Positions 1-11,220 of a stretch of 64,000 nt of DNA are shown piece after piece (position 1 is the stretch's first letter; each line of letters starts with the position of its first letter). The notes below the pieces were generated by a model, which saw nothing but the letters and a program-made list of their open reading frames with translations, searched no databases and had not been told where the DNA came from. The stretch covers positions 310,001 through 374,000 of the forward strand of contig NW_025767371.1 of the NCBI RefSeq assembly GCF_003918875.1, in the 5' to 3' direction. The DNA comes from Haliotis rubra (taxonomy: Eukaryota). A program made the position numbers and the translations under genes.

Positions 1-1864
1 TGGCCCAATTGGACAATCCTGGAAGACCGTTTATCACCAACATTCTCAGGACCCGGTTACAAGCTGCCAATCGCCGTGTCGCCGCCTCTGACTTCAACAC
101 CCCAGTCGCGTGTGTATGCTCCAGACCAACAGTTACTGCTAGCAGACAGCATCCACACTCTGTTACGCCAAACAAGCTATAGAGACAGTGCTAGACCCCG
201 ACAGTCCCGGGGTTCTACTCACCAATCTTCCTGGTTCCCAAGAAGGACTCAGGGAAACTACGAATGATTCACAACATGGCAATTTTCAACCACCTTTATC
301 TTTCGGAACCGCCTCACTTCCGCATGGTGTCCCTGGAACAGCTCTGAGCCAAGCTTGCGCCCAGGGTCTGGTTGGCCAGCCTCGACCTTCAGGATGCCTA
401 CCTGCATGTGCCCATTTACCCACCGTCACAGAAAGTACCTGAGGTTCTTTTCAGCGGGTCCCACTACCAGTGGAAAGTGCTTCCATTTGGAATTTCCACG
501 GCCCGTGGCTTTTTACTCGGATTACCTCGCCGATCACCCGGTTCCTCCATCTCAGGGGCATCGACTTCGACCCTTATATAGACGACTGTCTCATGAACCA
601 CCTCGACCCTCAGTTGCTTCGCAAACAGATGCACTTTGCCATTCATCTCTTGCAGCAACTGGGATGGATTATCAACATAGACAAATCCCACCTGGAGCCG
701 TCCCAGGAACTGGCGTTTATAGGAGGCCTCTTCCTGACACATTGCGACCTTGTCAGGATTCCGCTAGATCGCTGGAGAAAGATTGTCAGTTTAAGCCAAC
801 CGAGGTCTATCCCAGCCGCTCGTGCTCAGGGAGTGGCAGTCCCTCTTAGGTCTCCTCACCTCAGCCCAGGACTTGGCGGCTCAGAGGTGCGCTTGATGCT
901 TCGGCCGTTACAGCGCTTCCTGTTGCCTTACATCCAGGCGGACTGACCTTCAGTTGAGGTTCCTTTTGCCCCTGCATCTCCACGCTTACCTCCGTTGGTG
1001 GACTGTCGAGTCGAGCGTCTGCGCAGGAGTCTCCTTGACAGAGTTTGTTCACGATCCACGAACTGTTCAGTAGATCGTCTCTTCAAGGTTGGGGTGCTCA
1101 CCTCAGCGACCAGACCACCTCGGGGCTGTGGTCAGGCACCGAGCTAGGATGGCACATCAACAACTTGGAGCTGCAAGCAGTCATTTTAGCGGTTCGACAC
1201 TGGGTGCCTCTGTTGCGGAACACCAGGCTCCTGATAGCGTCCGGACAATTCCACGGTGGTGTGGTTGATTCACAATCAGGGAGCGACCAGGTCCAAACAG
1301 TTGTTGGAGCAGGCGTTCCAGCTGGCCAGTCTCCTGGACGACAATGGCATCAGCGCCAGAGCCCGACACATCCCAGGGTGCAAGAACGTTTTGGCAGGCG
1401 GCTCTCTCAAGGCGGGCAAACCGTCTCCAACAGAGTGGATGCTACATCCAGAAGCGTTCAAACTTCTTTGTCACAGTCGGCCGCCCTCTGATCGCGACCT
1501 GTTTGCGACTCGCTTCAACACACAGCTGCCGTTATGCGTGTCTCCTATTCCAGATCCAGCGGCATGGGCGGTCGGCGCCATGTCCTTTGTCGTGGGAGGG
1601 TCTGGGCGTAATGCCTTTCCACCACCAGTTCTGTTGCCAGCGGTAATAGCAAAGGTCAAGCGGACAGAGGCGATTCGTCTGCTTTTGGTCGCGCCTTGGT
1701 GGCCAGCCAGAACCTGGTTCCCAGATCTGCGCGTCGTCTCGCCGAGAAAGAAGTCGCAACAGTTACCAGACTGGCCTCACCTGCTCAGGCATCCCCACAG
1801 TCGACAGTGGCATCCCGATCCGACTCGGTTTCATCTGTGCGGTTGGATCATCTGCAAAAGCTGA
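1..1864 (+). pseudogene. DIRS pol: reverse transcriptase, RNase H and DAM-like methyltransferase domain (frameshifted)
   Basis: Motifs in successive frames: LDLQDAYLHVPI, YQWKVLPFG, YIDD, GWIINIDKS (RT); SSLQGWGAH, HINNLELQAV, ARHIPGCKNVLA (RNase H); DLFATRFN, AFPPP, LVAPWWPARTWFPDL (DIRS MT-like domain). Confidence 0.92.
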
Positions 1865-2874
1865 AGGCCAAGGGCTTCTCCACGGGTGTCGCCAAGGTTA
1901 TTGCTCGTGCTCATCGAGTCTCCACAAGATCACTCTATGATGATAAGTGGGTTTCTTTTGAGAAGTTTTGTGCACAGAAGTCCAAGGACCCATTGAAGGC
2001 TTCTCCTCAGTTTATAGCAGAGTTCCTTCTCTTTCTTCGGAAGTCCCGGCGTCTCAAGGGCAACACTATAGGAACTTATTTATCGGCTCTTAACTCCGTT
2101 CTGGCGGTCAAGTGCGACAAAAAGATTTCCAAGGTGCCAGAACTCATCGCCGTCCTCAAAGCGTTTAAGCTGGAGGACCAGAAGGCAAAGCTCCGTCCTC
2201 CGGCTTGGGACCTAAACGTCGTTCTTCGTCATCTGAGAGGTCCCCCTTATGAGCCCTTGGACACGGCTTCTTTTGAGAACCTCTCCAGGAAGACAGCTTT
2301 TCTCTCTGGCCCTGGACAGAGCTAGGGTTAGTGAGATTTCACCAGGGTGCGTTCTTGGTCCGGCATGGTTCATCTCGGACTGCTTTGGGATCTCGTGGCC
2401 AAGAACCAGCTGCGGGACTCCATCCCTCCTTTGTCTTCCATTCTAGGACCTCACGACGCTGAGGAACAGCTGCTTTGTCCCGTGAGGGCACTTAAGATTT
2501 ATATTGCCAAGTCATCTTCCAGGAGGCAGTCTCGTAAGAGACTGTTCATCCCGTTGTCTTCTGTGGCCAAAGGTGAAGTTAATAAGAATACGCTTGCGCT
2601 CTGGCTCCGTACTACCATCCTGACCGCCTACGATGCGCAAGATCTGCCTCATCCTACAGCCACTAATCCGCATGAGATTAGGGCTCTGGCATCCACCATG
2701 GCTCTCCACAGAAACTGCACCGTTCCAGCCATCATGGAGGGTTGTTTTTGGAAGTCCTCTACTGTCTTCGCTAGTCATTACCTGCGGGATTTGGCCGTCG
2801 AGGACGTGGAAGGTCTTCAATCGTTTGGTCCACTGGTGGTTGCTCAGCAACTCACCCATCCTACCGCCCATTAG
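1696..2874 (+). pseudogene. DIRS tyrosine recombinase (frameshifted around 2300-2350)
   Basis: N-terminal STRSLYDDKW..F..FC segment, WDLNVVL, RVSEI (shifted frame), LCPVRALKIY, HEIRALAST, W, FASHY. This gives the R..H-x-x-R..W..Y catalytic pattern. Confidence 0.92.
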
Positions 2875-3495
2875 GTAACTACTTCTTCTTACCTTCTGGT
2901 CTTCAGGTTAACTTACACTCTGGGTGTATTTGTTTTCCTTAGGGTTGCCTTTAGTCACTATCTGTCTCCTGTTCAGAGGCCTCCTCGCGACAGTCTGGCG
3001 ATTCAGTAGTTTCTTCTGGTTTTCCCTTGGCATGTGGGTTTTCGTGGGGACGGTCCTCTGGAGCCCGACACCGCCGTCCTACTGTCGAATCCATATGCAT
3101 AAGACCTATGGTAAGGTAAGTTAAAAATTTATTAAAATCTAAATATTTTAGATATTTAAATACTTACCTTACCATAGGGCGGTAACTCCCTCCCAACGCT
3201 GGATGCTCCTCCCCTCTCTGGGCTCTTTGGACCTGGTCAGTAAAAGTGATTTTGGATGGACCGCGCTTGCGCGGGAGGGGAGATCACGTCACTTCCGTTG
3301 CCTGTACACTCGTCGATACACGAGGTGGCCGTTCTACAGAATGGCGAATCAACGACTGTCTGATCTCTTTAAGCGGAGCTTGAGGTAATATGCATAAGAC
3401 CTATGGTAAGGTAAGTATTTAAATATCTAAAATATTTAGATTTTAATAATACAGTATATACTGTCAGTGCTTTTTGACTTAGGGTAATCTGTGAC

Positions 3496-3904
3496 CCGCC
3501 GTCCAACCGTGGGATAAGTGCAAATCGTGAGATAGGATAAGTTTAAAAATTTGAAAATTTTAATATAAATTGTACATTTATATACTTATCCTATCTCACG
3601 GGATGGATGCCCACCCAGCCTCCCCTCTACTCAGATTACGACGTATAACTGCCATTGGCTCCAAGAAGAGAATGATCACTCTGAGGTAGTCACGTGGGTA
3701 GACAGGGGAACGTGCTGCACACTTAGCCTGGGACTAGGGACCTGTCCTATAAGGAGAGCAGCCTGGGGAACACAGGGGTATGGACAAGAGAGGCCTACTG
3801 GAACAGTTCTCATTCGTTCCACTCAGCGTCGAAGCAAGAGAGAGAAGTGCAAATCGTGAGATAGGCTAAGTATATAAATATACTATTTAAGTTAAAATTT
3901 TCAA
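3496..3904 (+). mobile_element. 3' terminus (ICR plus right terminal repeat) of a second, different DIRS family
   Basis: aagtgcaaatcgtgagatagg(a/c)taagt at 3516 and 3845; 3551-3600 is an imperfect reverse complement of ~3855-3904. Same layout and same ccgccgtcc and ctcccctct flanking motifs as the element ending at 3450. Confidence 0.75.
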
Positions 3905-4051
3905 TTCTAAACACCTTCAGGAAGAACTAGTGATTTTCTTGTGGACTACTACCTAGGTAGATCACAACACTACTGCTGCTCAAATGGAAACACAAATTAA
4001 TGAAAAGACTCAGATGTTTGAGTTCTGTGAGGTTGTATATCTCTATTACAG

Positions 4052-7000
4052 AGCTGTCATTATGGCCAGACTTTGATGACAACATTGACAGAGGATCAGA
4101 GAGCCCCAGGTCTACATCATCAGTTGGACTTCCCTTCCGGAGGTACTTACACCTGAAACGAGCAGAAACTGAGGGATGTTAATTTGGACTCTGCAAATAA
4201 ACCTGTAGGGAATCCAGCTTAGAATTGGTTCCCAGTATAGCCTGTGCCATGTGTCGTGGATCACTGTCCATAACATCAGTTACTGGGTTACCTGTGCATG
4301 TGAGGTGAGGTGAGGTGAAATTGGGTTTAACGTCGTGCTTGAGAATATTTCACTCATATGACAACGTGCATGCGTGTGTATGTGTGTGTGCAGCTGCTTG
4401 TACTAGCCCAGACTTAAGCTGGTTTTATAGTGTTAGCCCACTGAGATACCATGCCTCAGCTTCTCCGGGCGGACGCTCTAACCACTACGCCACGGAGGCG
4501 GTTACCTGTGCATGTGGGCAGTGGGAGAACCTATTGGTGAAAGCGTTTGCTCATCGCCATAGACGCTGCGTCCCCCGCCGATGTATTGCTGGAATATTGC
4601 TAAAAGCGGCATAAAAAATACTCACTCTCACACCTGTGGACATCTTGGTTAGAATTTGTCTTCAGCAACGCCTAGGCATGTCTTAAGAAATGACAAGCAG
4701 GTGGTCAGACTGGGTGATTGGGTTGTGTCATTGTATCCCAGTCAGAGATTGAGGTTGAAGTGATTCACTGGACTGTCTGGTTGAGATTTACAGATCAGTG
4801 TCTTTCAGATGAACATAGGCATGTGGTGTTAAACATCAAACACATGAACAGCATCGGAAACTCATTTTTCCATGACATTGTGATGTTCAATGGTGTAAGA
4901 TGGTGTACATCAGTATAGTAGATATTCTAATGATGAAGTTCTGTTTTGTGAGCTTATTTCCTGCTTGATGACAGTGTCCCTCTGTTCTCACTAGGTTGTT
5001 GTCCAGGGCAGGCAGCCAGGGAGATGGTGACCGGTCACTCTACAGGGGCAGCCAGGGAGATGGTGACCGGTCACTCTACAGGGGGGAGCCTGGACAGGGT
5101 GTGGCAGGCAGCAGTAGGCGACCGGTCAGTCCACAGTGGCAGTCTCTCTGGGCTCGAGGTGTTCGAGGAGAGATCTCTCAAGCGGGAGAGACTCAAGGTA
5201 AAGCAGTAAACTAAGGTTGTGTGACACCTGGAATCTGGAATCTCACAAGCAATATGTTGTGTTAGTAAGATATCATGACTTCGTCTTTGGTTTCTTCCCA
5301 GGATCTGGTAACAACGGCAGTAACTCGGATGCGAATGTGGCCCGTCAGTTCGGTGTTTGACCAGTGGCTAGAGTTCACAGCCAGACAGAGGGAGCTTAAG
5401 TCACTGTCGTCACGGTTACAGCAACTGCATGACCACACCACTCTGGTCATCTTCCTCCATGACTGGAAGACCCAGCATGCTGACATGGTCAAGGCTAACA
5501 CCCACTGTGTAAGGCTTTCTTCACTACTTCGTGTAGCTTCAAGTAAAACCTTTACAGAAATTATGACAGAGGCACAAGTACCAAAAGTCCGAGTTGAGTT
5601 GATGAGAGCGGCAGATAGATGATAGGTCATGTGTCTGCAGTTTTGCATCTGTGTTATGTGTCGTGAAATCTTCTTTAAGGGAGACATTTCACAAATTCAT
5701 AAGTACTGATATTGATAAAAAATAGGAGGTATTACTGCAGTTAAACGTCTGAGGCCCAAACAGGTCACTAAGGCAGGATGGTCTTCCATTCTTGTGGCTC
5801 AATTCAATTATGAAACACTGAACTCAAATAAAATCTTGAATGATCACAGTGATCGGAACGTCGTCATGTCAATCCAGCAAATCCTGTTTTGTTCATTACT
5901 TTAAACAAGCTTGAGGTAGTGTCCACCTATTCTGGCCTGCAGTGAACTTAGTGTTTAAGGTAATGGTACAGTTACAGTAGGTGTGATAACAGTGAGAAGT
6001 CGGGAAGGATGATAGATCCTGATCATGTAGTGTCACTTGAATCCTGTTTGTGTAGAACAACGTCCTGATGAGAAAGTCTGTGCGAGCTCTGGCAGAGTAC
6101 AGGCAGCGACGTGGTGACAAGAAGAAGTTATCCGACCTTGCTGGACGCTACAACCAGCTCATTGTCTACAAGCAGTACTTCCCACTCTGGCTAGCAAAGG
6201 TAAGGAGTAAGACAGAACATTTCCTCATGAAGAAGCTTACGTGTTTGGCAGTATTAGAGCCATTATCAAATGTGAGTGTCTGTTATTGGGAAGCTAATGA
6301 AGTCATTGGATGTCAAATGAGCCTATACTTGCCTCTTAATACCTCCTGTCTGGTTGTATGGTCATGTATTCGTATCGGGTCTAGTTTATTGAACAAGGTT
6401 GGATGTCACTCTGGGTTATTTATTTCTACAGACTCAGGACCGACAGCACCAACACAACATCCTCCACTTGTGGTCCAACACCACGCCTGAAGAGCAGAAG
6501 TTACTTCCCTTAGAACGGAGTCTGACACGACAGTTCTCCCGACGGACACTGCGACTCTGCTATGCCATCTGGTCACTCAAGTTCCAGTTTGCATCCAAAA
6601 TTAAACATGCCTACCATTCAGGACTACTCAGGAGGTGGGTGCAGTAGAATTTCTTGGATGCATTGAGAGTGGAGGGGTGTGGGGGTGGCCTAGTGGTTAA
6701 AGTGTTCGCTAGTCCGAAGATCAGGTTCAATTCCCCACACAGGTACAATGTGTGAAGGCCATTTCTGGTGTCCCTTGCTGTGATATTGCTGGAATATTTC
6801 TAAAAGCAGCATAAAACCATACTCACTAGAGTGGATGGGGAGGGTATACGAGGGTCTGTGAGGTACATAGACCTAGTGAGCGGAAGAGAATGCTGCTGAG
6901 GGAGACTACAGTATCAGTTGTGATTGTGAGAAACAGCCTCCAGGATCTGTTTAATGTTTGTATGATCCACACCACTTACCTGGATCAGGTGGTCAACATC

Positions 7001-10000
7001 AGTCACTGGAATGATTGGTCTTGTACCATAGTGCTCTGGGATATTGCTGATGACATCAACCAATGTTTTTTAGGCCCAGACTAAATTTTTTTGCAGGCAG
7101 ACATTAGAAATGAAGGGAAAAAGGTAAATACAGACACAGGTTGAGTTGATCAGTGTTTCAGAAAGGACTGTGACATTCAAAAGAAAAAATGTTTATCGTA
7201 GAAGGTGAAATAGACTGGGCCCCTTGGGTTATTGGATGGATGAATGGATGGATGGGAGGATGGTTGGGTGGTTGGTTGGTTGACTGGTTGGTTGATTGAC
7301 TGGATTGATTGATTGATTGAGATGCTTTGGTGACTGAAGTGCCGATGTTCTGTTCCTGTATACAGGACACTTGGCGGCTGGCAGGAGTGGAGCAAGCAGC
7401 GCCAGGAGAGGCGGGAAAAGTGTGACACGTTCAGACAGCAGCGGGTCACAGCACTGGTCAGTTCAACACAATATATATATGAGATCCATACATTTAGTTA
7501 CATTTAGATGTTTTGCTTTTCTTGTGTATCTCTCTGAACATGATGTGTACTCTCTTCTGTGAAGAGAGGTGAAGCCCCTTCTACTACTGCTTCTGCTACC
7601 AGTACTACTTCTACTACTGCTTCTGCTACTAGTACTACTTCTACTACTCCTTCTGCTACCAGTACTACTTCTACTACTCCTTCTGCTACCAGTACTACTT
7701 CTACTACTACTTCTACTACTGCTTCTGCTACTAGTACTCCTTCTACTACTGCTACTTCTGATGAGGTTTGATGTATAAAATATTCCGTGTTGAAACAGGT
7801 GTTCAGATTGTGGCAACAACGTCTGGAACAGAAGAGAGAGAGTGACAGACGTTACACAGAGTCCTGGCAGAGGTACCTCCACACAGTCCTTGTTACATGG
7901 AAACAGTGGTCATCAGGTGAGGAGCGATGTCTTCAACAGCACACAGAACCTTGTGTCAGACTATACTTAAAGCAACTGACATTCACAAACACAAACCTTT
8001 TACACTGTATTACTGAAATGCTTGGTATGTGGCCACTGTGTATATCTAAAAGTTTTTTACACATGCATCACTTCTGGCCACTCATATCACAGCTGACACA
8101 CTTGAGCAGGAAAGAATCTGTTTTACTGAAGCCAGTTGGTTATGTGTGGACACTTCCACTTACTCTGTGTTAAGAAGACCTAAGACATTATCATGCTATT
8201 GATGCAGTGACCCATCAGCGCCGCGATACAGCCATGAGCGTGATGACACGGGCCAACCAGAGCCTCCTCAGACAGAAGCTTGTGTATTGGAGGAGTCTCA
8301 CTGTGAGAACTCAGGTCACTAGACACAACAGGAACTCTCACCTCACAGCACGGTGAGTGGGCAACACAGTCACACACTGAAACACTGTATCTGATCTGGT
8401 GAAGCTTAGTTAGTCTGGCCTCAGTATCTACCTGTGTTGTGGAATCAGCATGTTCTGGCTCAATCTTTATTGGTTCTGAGCTCTGGTCCTCCCAAATCTG
8501 GACACAACTACACAAAAAGCTGGTGGACCTGAGAACTTTGAGCTGACAATCCACTCAATACTAATATGTATTCCCCTTCTTGCAAGATGTTGATGGTTTG
8601 AAAGGCAATGTAAAGGACACGGCATGAGATTGAGAACATAACAGACTATGAGTATCTGCCACAATATATACTGCTTCACTGCGGCATGGTATCTCAGTGG
8701 GCTAGCACTATAAAACCAACTTAAGTCTGGGCTAGTACAAGCAGCCGCACATACACATACACTCGCATGCATGTCGTCATATGAGCGAAATATTCTTAAG
8801 CACGATGTAAAACCCAATTTCACCTCACCTCACCTCTCTCTGCTTACTACTTGAGTAGTATTCGTCACTGATCATATTGGAGTGTGTAGCAGGATCTGCT
8901 TGTACACCCTGCACTGTATTGCTAGTGTCTAAGAGTTAGTGTCATCAGATCATTGATTCTTCCTGTCCTCTACTGCAGGGTGTTCTGTGCATGGCAGGAG
9001 TTCATCGCACACAGGAAGAGAACACGCCAACTAATTCTCCAGTTCCAAGTGCGCTGCTTCACCAACCAGGTAAGTTCCACCTCCACGTGGACCTATAACC
9101 TGCTACAGCTATAGTGAGTGAGTGAGTGAGTTTAGTTTTACGCCGCACTCAGAAATATTCCAGCTATATGGCGGCAGTCTGTAAATAATCGAGTCTGGAC
9201 CAGACAATCCAGTGATCAACAACATGAGCAACGATCTGCGCAATTGGGAACCGATGACATGTGTCAACCAAGTCAGCCAGCCTGACCACCTGATCCCGTT
9301 AGTCGCCTTTTACGACAAGCATAGGTTACTGAAGGTTCATTCTAACCCGGACCTTCACGAGTCCTACAGCTATAGTAAAGAATGGAGGATATGCAATATT
9401 TCTTCCTTGTAGATACCGCGGGGTATTCCAGGCCAGAACTGGTCTGTAGCTATCTATGTTGATTGTAAGAGGTGACTCCATTTATTGGGTGGTCAGGACC
9501 ATGTTGATGTTGTGCCAGCATGCCAGGACCTGGATTGTCTCTCATAGTATCAATCACTGGAAGTACACACATTCACACACATGCATCGGTGGTAATAAAC
9601 AGCGAAGTATTCACTGATGATTCAGTTACGTAGGAACCAACCAAGCACTGCACTCAGAGTGTTTCTGTTGTCAGGTGAAGCAGTTGTTTGGCCAGTGGCG
9701 GCGCCAATACATGAGCCGGCTGCGAGAGAAGGCGGAGCACCAACAACTGGTACAGATGCAGGCCCTTCAACTGGCTCGTGTGTGGAGGAAGAAGGCCCAG
9801 ACAAGTCGGGGCAGGAGGCTGTACGCTCAGCTCCAGGAGGACAAGGTCCATACACACACTCAGCCTTAGTATTTGATACACAGATTATATTCCAACACTG
9901 AGTTAGCTGAAAGAGAGAGACTGAGAAGACTGTTTTCTGAAAGGAGTATCTTGATTGGTTAATTATGGGGAAATAAAGAAGCCATAATAATTGTGACATC

Positions 10001-11187
10001 ATGAGTCAATGGTGTACTGTACTTCATGTATTGACATCTGTAGAAGTGACTGCTGAAGCTTGAAAAATAATTCAAAGATTTATATTTGGTTCCCATTTTT
10101 GGGTTTGTTGATCTGTAAACTGAAGACAAACACTTCTGTTGCCATGAAACAATCCATACTTACTCACTTGTTCCACTACCAGGTGAAGCAGTATTTCTCT
10201 GCATGGAAGACTGCCTACCAGCTGTGTTTGGAACGAGAGGAGGTGTTAGAGCGTCACCTGGTGGCCAGAGCAAAGCAGAAGCAGAGAGAGGCGTTTGAGA
10301 CATGGCGGATGCAGAGACTGGCTGACCAGGCCGGCCGGATGTACAACATGAAGCTGAAGGTGGCTGTGGTGCAGGAATGGAGAGCCTGGACTAAGGGTGA
10401 GCTCCAGTACCTGATTCCTCACATGGTCAAATCCCCTGTCCATTGGAATAACACACACTATCCATGTGCTCATTTCTGTTTGTCTCGTCACTTGACTAAC
10501 ACTCCCACACGCATACACACACAGGTGTCTGTCCTTAACTTTCTCTCTTCATTGGAATAACATACATGATGTGTACCTATCCTTGATATTGTACCATTTG
10601 AAATCTGTTCATGATATTAATCACTGGATTGTTCGGCCCATAATGTTTACAGGCCACTGTCATATAGGCGTTACACAACATGCATTGCCAACACACATTG
10701 TTATCATGGAACACTAAGTATACATACCAATCCTTGATTGTCTCCCCTTATCAAATATTAAGTTTCATGTACTGTGTGCTTGTGTGTAGGTGTGTGATGG
10801 AATCCACGACTCTGTATGTAAGTGATAAGTAGATTTGTAAATTTATCTCCCTTACATACTGTTGTAATCACAAAACTATATATCTGTGTTGATGTGTAGG
10901 TGCACGAGAACGGCGGATCCGTGGTCTGGCACTACAGAAGGCATTGCAGGAGCGAGTGCTGACAGTGTACTATAAGTACTGGGTGGAGCTCACCCGTGTC
11001 CGGCAGATGGTGCAGAGTCACAGCCATCTCAAACTACAGCTCAGGTGAGAGTGTGCCCTGGTGCGTCTCTGTGTGTCTGTGTGTGACCTGACTGTACAAT
11101 CTCTGGGCAGGGCTAAGCTATTTCTGATAACTATCCCAAACTATAGTTAATGTAATGTGCATGTGTGTTAGTGAAAGCATGTGAATA

Positions 11188-11220
<33 letters not shown>

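Larger units (their letters stand above)
1..3450 (+). mobile_element. DIRS-type tyrosine-recombinase retrotransposon, 3' part (5' end outside window), degenerate
   Basis: Overlapping RT/RNase H/methyltransferase-like and tyrosine recombinase frames. Internal complementary region ~3092-3178, of which 3130-3178 is the reverse complement of the right end 3400-3449; tatgcataagacctatggtaaggtaagt occurs at both 3094 and 3389. Confidence 0.95.

Noticed and set aside
2970-3010. HDV-ribozyme-like gcctcctcgc motif in the DIRS 3' region
   Set aside because: The P3 and P1 pairing partners needed for the nested pseudoknot could not be found by eye.
7463-7882. Poly-Leu, Ser-Arg and Ser-Thr ORFs
   Set aside because: Intronic triplet microsatellite; the flanking exons join in frame without it.
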